Position numbers and translations under genes: made by a program. A stretch of DNA of 64,000 nucleotides from an uncultured Phycisphaerales bacterium (GTDB lineage Bacteria > Planctomycetota > Phycisphaerae > Tepidisphaerales > Tepidisphaeraceae). Numbering within the stretch: the first letter of the stretch is position 1; every line of letters starts with the position of its first letter. The DNA is taken from contig CAVWVQ010000001.1 in assembly GCA_963758525.1 (NCBI GenBank), positions 128,001 through 192,000 of the forward strand, read 5' to 3'. Shown here in pieces: positions 31,502 to 42,192 of this stretch. The notes beneath the pieces were generated by a model that saw only the letters and a list, made by a program, of their open reading frames with translations, searched no databases and was not told where the DNA came from.

Positions 31502-31544
31502 TAGTGACGGACGCTGTCGCGCCGGCGGTTGGGATGTGTCTGGA

Positions 31545-32484
31545 TCATGCTTTCGGCCCCTCCGCGAGCAGCGCCTTGATCTCGCCCATGATCTCCAGAA
31601 TCCGCTTCTCCTTCTCGACGATGCTCTCCACCAGCTTCTCCGGCGGGAGGTGTTCGAGGTCCTCCTTCGCAGTGGGATTTTTAATATCGAGGTTGCAGCC
31701 GTTCTCGATGATCTGCTTGGCCGGGATCCTCCAGGCGCGGTCTGTCTCCTTGCGCTTGGTCCACCAGGCGATGCAGTCGGCGAATTCCTCCAACTGAATT
31801 GGCGCGGTCTTGGTGTAGTTCTTCTTTCCCTCCGGCAACGGCTGCTCGTAGTACCAGACATGTTTTGTCGGGCCGCTGCGGTCGAAGAAGAGGAGATTCG
31901 TCGGGATGCTGGTGTAGGGCGCGAAGACGCCGTTGGGCAGGCGGACGATCGTGTGGAGATTGAATTCCTTGAGAAGCTCCTCTTTGATGCGGGCGCAGAC
32001 GCCGTCGCCGAAGAGGGTGCCGTTGGGGACGACGACGCCGGCCCTTCCCGGCTTCGGCTGGCGGCGCAGCTTGCGCATGATGAGCTGCAGGAAGAGGAGC
32101 GCGGTTTCGCTGGTCTGTTTGTCGGCGGGGAAATTGTTCTGGATGCCGCGTTCTTCCTCGCCGCCGAAGGGGGGATTGGTGAGGATGATGTCGACGCGGT
32201 CCTTGTCGCCCAGCTCGGAGCTTCACGTCCAGGCTGTTGCCGGGGGAAATGCGCGGATAGTCCATCCCGTGCAGCAGCAGGTTCATCTGCGCCAGCAGGT
32301 ACGGCAGCGACTTGGCTTCCCCGCCGAGAATGCTTTTTCTTTGCAGCGTCTCGCGGTCCTGGACAGTCTTGGCCTGTTTTTCCAGATGCGCGTACGACTC
32401 GACCAGGAATCCGCCGGTGCCGCAGGCGGGATCGAGGAGCGTCTCGCCGAGGCGCGGGTTGGCGCAAACGGCGGTGAATGTCAT
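31545..32484 (-). pseudogene. hsdM: Type I R-M M subunit, N-terminal part missing, frameshift near 32220
   Basis: LDPACGTGGFL motif I within first 30 aa; TNPPFGG motif IV in shifted frame; IVRLPNGVF. Confidence 0.85.
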
Positions 32485-33251
32485 ACACCTCCTATTGCAT
32501 ACCGGCCTCGCCCGAGAAAACGAAGCAACCTAGCGTCACGGAGTACTTGGAGCTGTTGTCGAATCTTATCACGTATATGCGAATTCCCGGGGTGTAGTGA
32601 AGCCAATTCGCTCTCTTTCGAATAGACCTCGGACAAAGTAAATGTCTGCTTACCGAGAGACTCGACTGCGCGGAGGACGTCTAGCGTCCAGCCCCGGACC
32701 GACGGGCGTAACGATGCGAGAGGTTTTGTGGCTTGGTAGATACGGCGTACGGCACCTGGGTCTTCCAGCTTTTCATTTGCGACTATCCGAATCTTTCCTT
32801 CTCTCGCGATTTCGCTGAGCAGGATGTTACACCCGATCCACCCGACCCGTCGGGCCGTAGCGGCGAGAGGCTTGCGTCGCTCGACGGCGGATTCGGCAAA
32901 AAAGAAATGCGGCACCAAAAGTAGGTTCCCCACCTTCCAGTCCGCCGTGTATTGCATCACTAGAAGGTTGGGCGTTTTGTCATCGCGAATTGCCTCAATC
33001 ATAGCTGCATAGCCCGCATCTGGGATGCGGCGCTCGTTCCATACCCGTGACGCCTTCAGCTGATACCGAGCGGTGCATACAGGGCATGTGAAGTCGGTAG
33101 CTTTTGCATTGCAGGGCGCCTGCACCACCGATGGACTCTCACATGCAGCGCAAAAGAGGTTGTTTGTTGCCCATGCTTCGGTAATGCATCGCGCACGCTG
33201 CGAATTGCTGAAATATCCATCGCCAAATGAGCGATCCATCTCCAGGAGCAT
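32481..33251 (-). CDS. DpnI/Dam-replacing family methyl-directed restriction endonuclease
   Basis: SQRAR..TE.W...N..C..C, DF.C..C..YQLK, RKPLA.TARR.GWIGCNI, GWTLDVL, HP.N.HI.DKIRQQLQVLRD. Confidence 0.9.
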   Translation of the reverse strand: MLLEMDRSFGDGYFSNSQRARCITEAWATNNLFCAACESPSVVQAPCNAKATDFTCPVCTARYQLKASRVWNERRIPDAGYAAMIEAIRDDKTPNLLVMQYTADWKVGNLLLVPHFFFAESAVERRKPLAATARRVGWIGCNILLSEIAREGKIRIVANEKLEDPGAVRRIYQATKPLASLRPSVRGWTLDVLRAVESLGKQTFTLSEVYSKESELASLHPGNSHIRDKIRQQLQVLRDARLLRFLGRGRYAIGGV

Positions 33252-33286
33252 TTAGCCCTCAATCAGTCCGCAAGTTCAAACGCAGA

Positions 33287-33577
33287 TTACCGTATGACTT
33301 GGATTTCGATGAATGCATCAAAATCGGCGGTGTGTGCTAGATAAAAATTGCCGCCGATCTCTTCGATCTCGCCAGCAGATTTTGGATTCTGCATCTCCCA
33401 TCGCTTTGACTCTTGGAGCGACATTTTCTGACCATGAGTTGCCACAAGCCGGGTGTACGCAGTAACGGCGGCACCAACTTCCCGAGTGACGAGATCGACA
33501 TACGGAATTCCTCCGACGCTCGAATAGACAACCAAGACCTCGTCCGCCTCTGGGCTTCTTAGTTTTTTACAGTTCAT
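33287..33577 (-). CDS. Hypothetical protein
   Basis: 96 aa ORF with GGAGG RBS, co-oriented in defence locus. Confidence 0.55.
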   Translation of the reverse strand: MNCKKLRSPEADEVLVVYSSVGGIPYVDLVTREVGAAVTAYTRLVATHGQKMSLQESKRWEMQNPKSAGEIEEIGGNFYLAHTADFDAFIEIQVIR

Positions 33578-33786
33578 GTTGTCCTCCGAATGCTCGGCGC
33601 TCGCGACCTATGACTACTAAACTGCCTCCCCTTGCATCGATTTGGCTGGGTGAATGTAGAACCCCTCGAGTGTGTCAGATAAATCCTGCAGGGCGTCGGG
33701 ATAGGCGGAAGACGCGATTAGAAGCCTGTGGCGGTGCTCCTCAACGACGTGGCGAGCAGAATGACGGGAGATAAATTTCGCCGGAC

Positions 33787-35037
33787 TCATACGTGTAGCT
33801 TATCCATACCCTCGGACGACACAAAGAGCCCTGCGCCGGAGCCCTTGCGCAATGAAATCAGTCGTTCGAAGTCTTTGGCCTGGTATTCGTCGTCGGGGAT
33901 CTCGCGGCCGTAGCGGTCGATGTCCCCGGCGGTCGGTCGCCAGCCGGCGGCGTCTACGCTGGTGATGATGCGGTGGACGCGATACGGGGCGAGAAAGCCG
34001 TCGTCGATTCCCTGGCGGAGGCTGTAGGTGTAGATCGAGTTGCCGAAGTATTGGTAGGTGTCGACGTTGTCCTGGCGCTTGGGCGTGGCAGTCATTCCGA
34101 TCTGAAAGGCCGGCTCGAAGTATTCGAGGATTTCCCGCCAGGAGCTTTCGTCGTTGGCTGAGCCACGGTGACATTCATTGATGATGATCAGGTCGAAGAA
34201 GTCGGCGGGATATTCCCTGTAGAGGCCGGGGCGATTGGCGTCCTTCGCGATCGCCTGATAGATCGCGAAGAACATCTCCCGGCCCCTGTTGATCTTCCCG
34301 TTCTCGATCTTGAAGCGGGCGTCGCCGAACGCGGCGAAGGTCTTGGCCATCGGATCGTCGACCAGGACGTTGCGGTCGGCCAGGAAGAGAATCTTCGGCT
34401 TGCGGTATTCGCCGGTACGGTTCCAGCGGGATTCCCAGAGCTTCCAGGCGATGTTGAACGCGACGACGGTTTTGCCTGTGCCCGTGGCCATCGTCAGCAG
34501 GATGCGCTTCTGCCCCTGCAACACGCACTGCACGGAGCGGTTGATCGCGATCTGCTGGTAGTAGCGGGGAACCTTGCCGCTCGTCTGGTTGTATGGCTCC
34601 AGCAGCGTCTTCTCGGCTTCGCTCTTGAGTCCCGCGCCGCGCGTATACCGGAGCCAAAGCTCCTGCGGCGAGGGGAACGCATCCAGCACCTTCTCTTTGC
34701 CGGTGAGGTAATCGAACTCGACGATCTGATGCCCGTTGGTCGAATAGGCGAACTTGAGGCCCAAGACCTCTGCGTAGGCTTTCGCCTGCTGGAGTCCTTC
34801 GCCAGCCGGTCGGTCTTCGGATTTGGCTTCGACCAGCGCGATCGTGAAATCGCGCGTGTATTGCAGGAGAAAGTCCGCCCGTTTCTTCTGCTTCCGGCGG
34901 ACTTTGGTGCCGATCAGAACGATGCGGCCATCGGTGAAGCAATGTTCCTGGGCGAAGGAGTGCGGAGCGTCGTCCCACCCCGCCGAGCGGAGTTGGGGGA
35001 CGATCAATCGAGTGGAGGTATCGGCTTCGGTCAGCAT
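33787..35037 (-). pseudogene. hsdR: Type I R-M R subunit (EcoAI-like), C-terminal half missing
   Basis: TEADT, ADF..VEAK nuclease, RYYQ, MATGTGKT, NECH (DECH position), GMTATP; ends at 416 aa. Confidence 0.85.
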
Positions 35038-35913
35038 CCAGCCCTTTTTGTCAGGGCGAGATCATATCGCGAGATTGCTATGCCTCATAGAGCCGGCGAT
35101 GGCCCTCCCTTGGTATGCCCGGAATCGAGGGAAGAAGCGCAATTTCCCCTCCGTTGGCAGAATCCGGGACGGCGCGAGTACGCTCTGTCCCGGCGTGACT
35201 GGCGAGGCGATGTCTCCGGCGACCACGCCGGGGCAGAGCTTTAGCGCCGCCCCGGATTCGGCCATGGGAGGAAGCAACTACGGCCTCTCTTCTGCACGCC
35301 GTTTGGGAAAGATAATGTGCCAAAACGTGCCATTTCGTGCCACTTTACGAGGTAAAGCGGAGGTCGGGGCTTTCTGATTGAAGTGCTTCTGATCTATCGG
35401 GGGTTTGTGGTAAGCGCGGACCGGATGGATCAATTCCCACGGATTGCAATCCGTTGGCTTTGGAGATTCAGAAGAGACATCGGGCTGCGGCTCAGCGCAG
35501 TGCAATTCCGGCGGACGGTCCGTCGGTTTTGGGAGATTCACAATCAAAGTGGATTGCCGTCTGCGGAATCGGTTAGGAACTGGTTGAACGGACAGTCCAT
35601 CATGGACAGCGGAGAGCGACCGGCGGGGATTCTCGCGGAAGTCGAGGAATGGTCCGCACGGCGGCTCGACGCTGTCATCGATTCGAGGCGTACCCAGGAG
35701 CCGCCGAGCGGACCCTACGGCTTTGGAACAGACGGAAGCGTTGTTAGCGGAGAAACCGGAGGCCAATCAATGTCGCACGGGGGCGAGCGAAAAGGATACC
35801 GTGATGCAATCACAACAGATCGGCGTGGACAGCCGCAGGTTCAGCACCACGGCGCACTCCATTGACGACGCACGCAGACCATGGCCGAGCGCATTGGAAT
35901 CAAAGAGCGAATG

Positions 35914-36036
35914 GCCACAAAAACACAAAAACACAAAAAGGGAAAGAGAGAGGCGACGCGCAACAGCAGAGAGTGAAACCGGAAGCTGCTTTCGTACCCA
36001 GCATCTCTTTTTTTGTGTCTTTTGCGTTTTTGTGGC
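35914..36036. repeat. Inverted pair of CACAAAAA-type tandem repeats
   Basis: GCCACAAAAACACAAAAACACAAAAAG...TTTTTGTGTCTTTTGCGTTTTTGTGGC. Confidence 0.65.
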
Positions 36037-36337
36037 AATCACTCTTTGGGCTGGCGCGGCTGGAGACCGGCGGAGGAGGCGCATGGTACACAGCAATCGC
36101 GCGGGGAAAACCCGTTTTCAGCGAACGGCGCGCAACTGTCGCGCGCGGTGTCGCGCCAGCCTGGAGAGCATCCCGCGGAAGGAAAAGGAGTTGCGCGGCG
36201 GATGCGACATGCGGCGCTGCAAAATCTGTCGCGCGGTGTCGCATGAGCGGGGAGAAGGGTTTTTTGTCGGATGCGGACCGTCATCGGCGCGGCGCACTGT
36301 GCCGCGCTGCAACGCTCCGGACAGGCTTCGGGAGGCA

Positions 36338-37750
36338 TTAGATATCGAAATACATGCAGAACTCGTACGGATGCGGCCGCACGCGGATCGCGTCAACCTC
36401 GTTCTCTCGCTTGTACTTGATCCAGTAGTGAATCACATCAGCCGTGAATACGTCCCCATTGAGCAGAAAATCGTGATCGTTTTCCAATTCATTGAGCGCT
36501 TCGTCGAGCGCACCGGGCGCGGATCTGATCTTGGCCGATTCTTCCGGGGTGAGATGGTACATGTTTTTGTCGAGCGGGTCGCCGGGATGAAGCTTGTTTT
36601 GAATTCCGTCGATTGCCGCCATCAGCATGGCACTGAACGCGAGGTAGGGGTTGCAACTGCTGTCGGGGCAGCGGAATTCAATGCGCTTGGCTTTGGGCTT
36701 TTCGCTGTACATCGGAATGCGCACGGCGGCCGATCGATTTCGGCTGCTGTAGACGAGATTCACGGGCGCTTCATACCCCGGCACCAGCCGCTTGTAGCTA
36801 TTGGTTGTGGGATTGCACAACGCGCACAGCGCGCGGGCATGGCGGAGAATTCCGCCGATCGCGTAAAGGCCAATATCGCTCAGCCCGGCATATTTGTTTC
36901 CGGCGAACAGCGGCTTGGCGCCCTTCCAGAGCGAAAAATGCACGTGCATTCCCGAGCCGTTGTCCTGGAACAGGGGCTTGGGCATGAATGTGACAACCTT
37001 GCCGTGACGGGCGGCAACGTTCTTGCAAACGTACTTGTAGTTCATCACGTTGTCAGCCATGGTCAGCAGATCCTGAAATCGCATGTCGATTTCGCACTGC
37101 CCTCCGGTGGCTACTTCGTGATGGTGCATCTCCACGGGAATTCCCAGGTTCACCAGCTCCGCGACCATTTCGCTGCGAATATTCTGCATCGAATCCATCG
37201 GCGGCGTTGGAAAATATCCCTCCTTCAAGCGAATCTTGTAGCCCAGGTTCAGCGGATCCTCATCGCCCCGGCCCCAGACGCCCTCGCGCGAGCCGACGTA
37301 ATATTTCGCAAAATTAATTCCCTGGTCGTAGAACGCCTGATCGAAGATGAAGAATTCCAGCTCCGGCCCGAAGAACGCCGTATCGGCGATTTTTGTCTTC
37401 TTCAGAAATTCCACCGCTTTGCGAGCGATCGAACGCGGGTCGCGGGAATATTCCTTTTTGGTGATCGGATCGCGGACGTCGCAGATCATCGACAGCGTCA
37501 CGTGCTGCATGAAAGGATCGATCTTCGCGGTGTCGGCAACGGGGAGCAGCAGCATGTCGGATTCGTTGATCGCCTGCCAGCCGCGGATGGAGCTTCCGTC
37601 AAAACCGAATCCATCGGAAAAGCTGTCGAGGGTGAGTTCACTGATCGGCGAGGTGGTGTGCTGCCACAGGCCGGGAAAGTCCATAAAGCGAAGATCGATG
37701 AACTCCACGTTCTTCTGCTGACAGAGCTTCAGTACGTCGCGAGGGGTCAT
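36338..37750 (-). CDS. glnA: Glutamine synthetase type I
   Basis: [42 protein letters not shown]. Confidence 0.98.
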   Translation of the reverse strand: MTPRDVLKLCQQKNVEFIDLRFMDFPGLWQHTTSPISELTLDSFSDGFGFDGSSIRGWQAINESDMLLLPVADTAKIDPFMQHVTLSMICDVRDPITKKEYSRDPRSIARKAVEFLKKTKIADTAFFGPELEFFIFDQAFYDQGINFAKYYVGSREGVWGRGDEDPLNLGYKIRLKEGYFPTPPMDSMQNIRSEMVAELVNLGIPVEMHHHEVATGGQCEIDMRFQDLLTMADNVMNYKYVCKNVAARHGKVVTFMPKPLFQDNGSGMHVHFSLWKGAKPLFAGNKYAGLSDIGLYAIGGILRHARALCALCNPTTNSYKRLVPGYEAPVNLVYSSRNRSAAVRIPMYSEKPKAKRIEFRCPDSSCNPYLAFSAMLMAAIDGIQNKLHPGDPLDKNMYHLTPEESAKIRSAPGALDEALNELENDHDFLLNGDVFTADVIHYWIKYKRENEVDAIRVRPHPYEFCMYFDI

Positions 37751-37808
37751 GGTCGCATGCTATCCCGCGGGCTTCCGAAATCCAACCGCCGCCCCTATCC
37801 TGCTGGCG

Positions 37809-38201
37809 ATGCCGATCGTTGGACATGGGATAGACATCGTGGAAACCTCGCGCATTCGCCGGATGGTGGAGGAGCATGGGCATCATTTTCTCGACCGCGT
37901 CTACACGCCGTTGGAGCAGGCGTACTGCGCCCGCAACCCCAAACGGTATTTCGAGCACCTCGCCGGCAGGTTCGCCGCGAAAGAGGCGGTGCTGAAAGTG
38001 CTCGGCACGGGCTGGCGCGGCGGAATTGCCTGGACCGATGTGGAGGTGCAATCGCAACCTTCCGGCCAGCCGACGATCCACCTGACCGGCGAATCGTTGC
38101 GGATTGCGACTCAACAAGGGATCGTGCGCTGGCACATCAGCATCAGTCATATCGAGACTCACGCGACGGCCAGCGCCATCGGGCTGCTACATCGCGCGTG
38201 A
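37809..38201 (+). CDS. acpS: Holo-ACP synthase
   Basis: GHGIDIVE, AGRFAAKEAVLK, ISISH. Confidence 0.95.
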   Translation: MPIVGHGIDIVETSRIRRMVEEHGHHFLDRVYTPLEQAYCARNPKRYFEHLAGRFAAKEAVLKVLGTGWRGGIAWTDVEVQSQPSGQPTIHLTGESLRIATQQGIVRWHISISHIETHATASAIGLLHRA

Positions 38202-38335
38202 AGACGCCAGGTCCCGTAGGGGACGGCCCGATGACAGATCGGTGTCAGCCGCTGCAACAGCGGCTGGCGAGTAAAGCTTCGAGAGCTTGCTGCGGGCACA
38301 CAATAATTCTGTTACGTTGCCCGTTCTCAATCCTT

Positions 38336-39415
38336 ATGAACAGCCGTTCGCTCGCGACTTCATTTCTCTTATTGCTGTGCATCTCAGTTGTGAGTGCAGA
38401 GCAGCGATCGTATGCCGGGTCAGTCACTCGCGATTGGACGCAGTATCCCGCGATAGTGTCCATCCCTGCACCCAAGCACCTCTATGCGCTGGGCGACGTT
38501 CACGGTGACTACGACCGACTGGTCCAGCTTCTGGCGGCAGGAAAGATTATCGATGGAGTTCCCGCGTCCCCGGCAGCGGTTCATTGGTCGGCCGGCCATG
38601 CGGTTCTCGTATGCACCGGCGATCTGATCGACAAATATGACCACGGCATCGAAGTCATCGCAGTGATGAGGTCGTTGCAGCAGCAGGCTGCCGCGGAGGG
38701 CGGAGAGGTCATCGTTACGCTCGGCAATCACGAAGCCGAATTTCTCGCTGCGCGAGGCGACGACAAGAAGTCAGCGGAGTTTGCCGGCGAACTCAAACGG
38801 GCTGGCGTCTCGCCGGCAGACGTGGCGCTCGGACGTGATCCGGGCGGCATCGGCGCATGGCTGCGGAATCTCCCGGCGGGCGCCAAAGTGGGCGACTGGT
38901 TCTTCTGCCACGCGGGCGACACCGGAGGAAGAACGCTGGCCGATTTGGAAAGCGAAATTCAACAGCAGGTGACCGCGCAGGGGTGGAGCGCGCCGATCCT
39001 GGCCGATTCCAGCTCCATGCTCGAAGCACGAATGCATCCGCGCCCATGGTGGGACTCCGAGGAGCCGAAGCTCAAGGATATCGCCAAGCCGGAGAAAGCG
39101 AAAAAGGGCAAAAAGGAAGTACACGAGACCGGCGATGCCTCGGAAGAACATCGCTTGACGAGCTTCGTCGAAGCGCTTGCGCGCGTCACCTGGTCTTTGG
39201 CCATCAGCCTGGCAGAGTTAGATTTCTCGACGGCACGGAGCGGGCCGAGGGGCAGATGTACAGCAAGTACGACGGTCTGGTGTTCATGATCGACACCGGG
39301 ATGAGCCGGGGGGTCCAGAGCGGGCGCGGCGCTGCTGCAGATCGAGCCAATCAGCAAACATCCATCAGCAACGGCGCTGTACTCCGACGGGGCCACCGCA
39401 TTGCTCTGGCCGTGA
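38336..39415 (+). CDS. Secreted metallophosphoesterase, Shewanella-like phosphatase type (frameshifts near 39178 and 39330)
   Basis: Signal peptide, GDVHGD, GDLID, GNHE, HAG, then GH and IDTGMS in shifted frame. Confidence 0.8.
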
Positions 39416-39433
39416 GCAACAACGTGCATCGCT

Positions 39434-40152
39434 TCATCGCTGAGCGCCCAATTCGCGAACGGCGTTCCTGAGCCGTTCGGCGACGGTTTCCCAGCCGACT
39501 CGGTCGTTGGATACGTCGGCAAATCGCAGAGCGTTGCCGATGCGAAGTCGAATTTTGACAGGTCGCGGCAGCCGTCGATCTGGCGGAAGAGCCTCGAAGG
39601 TTCCATCCAGATGGCATGGGACGACCGGCACGTTGCTGGCGGCGAGCAACCCGCCCACTCCCGCCTTGAATGCACCCAGGGAGCCATCCCGGCTGCGCGT
39701 CCCCTCCGGGAAGAGAATAAAGACGCATTCCTCATCGCCGAGGCGTTGGCGGAGTTCGTCCAGCGCGTGGCGTCCCGCGCTGCGCCGCCAGACCGGCAGC
39801 GCATTGAGTGCGGCCGCGGCAAACGCCGACGAAAAAGGGGTTTTGAAAAAAGTGTCGCCGGCCGCGATGGGAAAGACGTGATCCCGCATCGAGCGCGACA
39901 ACTGCGACGCGAGCACCAGGGCATCGAGGTGGCTGCTGTGATTGGCGACCACGACAAACGAGCCAGTCGTCGGAAGCCGCTCGCGGCCGATGACGATCAG
40001 ACGATGTGCCGTCCGAAGATAGGTCCGCACGAGCATCCACCACAGTCGCTGGGTGGCCGTTTCGACCAGCCCGCTCTCGCGCCGCGGGCTTTTGAGCGCA
40101 CCGACGCCGTGAGCCCATGATCGCGCGCGGGTTGGAGTTTCCAGGGGTCCAT
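39434..40152 (-). CDS. Lysophospholipid acyltransferase, PlsC-like (frameshift near 40105)
   Basis: NHSSHLD, FPEGTRS; N-terminus MDPWKLQPARD in another frame. Confidence 0.85.
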
Positions 40153-40185
40153 GTGCGGTGTGCGTTACCAGGTTGTCGCACTCCC

Positions 40186-40270
40186 TCAGGGTTCAGGGTG
40201 TCAGGGTTCAGGGTTCAGAAGAGATTCGAGCTGCTGATTCCTGAACCCTGAAACCCTGAACCCTGAACCC
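40186..40270. repeat. Inverted arrays of TCAGGGT heptamers
   Basis: About 4 TCAGGGT units followed by about 4 CTGAACC units. Confidence 0.85.
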
Positions 40271-40296
40271 CCAACCGAAGGGTTCCAAAACGGCCT

Positions 40297-41305
40297 CTAA
40301 CCGCCGGTGATAATGCGCTGGTCTCCGGCTACGCCAAGGATGCCGTAGTATCCGACAAAATGAAACACCGCGGGGGCGACGAGGATCAGGCTGTCGAAGC
40401 GGTCGAGCAGTCCGCCATGGCCCGGGAAGAGAACGCCCATGTCCTTAATATCAAGATCGCGCTTGATCGACGAAATCAACAGGTCGCCAAGCTGGCCGAG
40501 GATGCTGATGATCAGCCCGAGTGCGACGAGGCGATACCAGTGGTCGATGACGGTGTTGCGAAAAACATAGTGCGCGATGAAAGCCGCGAGTCCCGTCGTA
40601 AGCACCACCGCCCCGATCGCGCCACCCAGTGTTTTGTTGGGGCTGGTGTGGGGTGCGAGCTTGCGATTGCCGAAACGTTTCCCGCTGACATAGGCGAAGA
40701 CGTCATTGAGTTCGACGGTCATCACGATCCAAAACAGGATCGGGCGATAGCGCGCGTTATTGGCAAAGTAGCCCAGATGCCCGAAGCAGGAGCCGAACAG
40801 CGCGAACGCCAGCACCCCCAGCGCCACCCGCTGGATATAGCCTTTAGGCCGATCGCTCAGAATCGCGACCCCGGCAATTGCGCCGACGGTGAGCGGCCAG
40901 AGCGCCACGAAGAATGCGTACCAGTTGTCCAGTACCGAGAACGTGACTGCGAAAATCCCGAGTGCGACGATCAAGCTGACCGCCCGTTCGCGAAACAATC
41001 CCGTGGCCCGCGCGAACTCTCGATAGCACATCATGCTGAGAATGCCGACCCCGATGATCGTCCAGAACGCCCCCAGAAGAACCGGCACGATCATCAACGG
41101 CGCCAGCACGAGCCAGGACGTATACGCGCTGCCATAAGTCGTTCGTGAGCTTTTCTGAGAGTTTGTTTCTCCGCTGCAGGAATCGAATGACCACCGGCGC
41201 GGCGAGCAGCGCTGTGACTGCCGCGAGTGTCAGCGTCACCGTGAGCGGATCGTCGAACGCAGATTTCCAGCCGAAGAGGCGGTCGAGGGCGGCATGACTC
41301 AGCAC
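40297..41305 (-). CDS. Phosphatidate cytidylyltransferase family (frameshift near 41120)
   Basis: NDVFAY..GK.FG, SPNKT..G, GDL..S.IKR...IKD.G..PGHGG.LDRFDS. Confidence 0.88.
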
Positions 41306-41318
41306 GATCGCATTCTGG

Positions 41319-41736
41319 CTATTTGTTCGCTCGCGGAAAGCCTCTGTCCCCAGTTCGCACTTCGAAACCGAGCCGCTGCGCAATTGCGCGGATCAGGCAG
41401 TCGCTCATCTGCCGTCGGCGCCCATCCGGTGGAAACGCGCTCGGCGATCTGCCGTGCCAGCTGCCAGTCGGTGATGCTGATTGCTCCCTTGTCGACGAGT
41501 TCGAACCGGCTCAAGAACGACTTTGCCAGTTTGAGTTTCGCGCTGTCGGTCTGACCGCATAGATATTCGATGTAAACGGGCGTGACGATCGCTCCGGCAT
41601 CCTCGATCTCAATCAATTCATCTGCCCAATTCTCTGCATGCTTTGTTGATACCGTGCGGGACCCGTCGCGAAAGCGGGAATAGCACCGCGTCCAATGATT
41701 GATCAGGAGATTGGTATCCAGAATCCGCCGCCGCAC
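41319..41736 (-). CDS. PIN-domain (VapC-like) protein (1-bp insertion near 41434)
   Basis: ILDTN, E; removing one T gives DCLIRAIA..G..V.TGD.GF and TAG 41319. Confidence 0.75.
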
Positions 41737-41738
41737 GC

Positions 41739-42185
41739 TCAGCCCACTTCCGCGAGGCTTGAAAGCTGATGCAGGTGTCTATTCCAGTTCTTTGCAAGAT
41801 CTTTCAAAATTCCTCCGAGTTCGCGAGCATCGACCTGTCGAACCGCGCTGCAAACAATTGAAATCTTCCTGGCCGCACCGATCTTGCTCTCGTAGCGATA
41901 CGGCCAATCTCCGGGGTCGATACCCGCTGGTATTTGTTGCGCTGCAGCCAGCAGAGCGGCTTTAATTTGCGGAGCATGTTCGGCGAGCCACTGTCTGGCG
42001 CCGTCCCCTCCTGACGGCAGAACCATGCCGCTGCAACGGACATCGACATACCACCGAATGGCAGGATCCGGCTCGTCGCCGCTGCCGGCATTGAACCGAG
42101 TCAGAACCGAATTTCCGTTGACGTCGACCCCGCTTCGAACGCCGGAATCCTGCCGCGTCTGGATGAAGAAAGTAATGGTAGCCAT
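41739..42185 (-). CDS. Hypothetical protein, possible partner of PIN toxin
   Basis: 148 aa ORF packed between ESCRT-III-like and PIN genes (7 and 2 bp gaps). Confidence 0.6.
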   Translation of the reverse strand: MATITFFIQTRQDSGVRSGVDVNGNSVLTRFNAGSGDEPDPAIRWYVDVRCSGMVLPSGGDGARQWLAEHAPQIKAALLAAAQQIPAGIDPGDWPYRYESKIGAARKISIVCSAVRQVDARELGGILKDLAKNWNRHLHQLSSLAEVG

Positions 42186-42192
42186 GTCTTGG

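Noticed and set aside
35383..35865. 160-aa ORF as a gene
   Set aside because: No recognisable motif or RBS; cannot support
35723..39289. 1188-aa ORF
   Set aside because: Antisense shadow of glnA fused in frame to the real phosphoesterase starting at 38336
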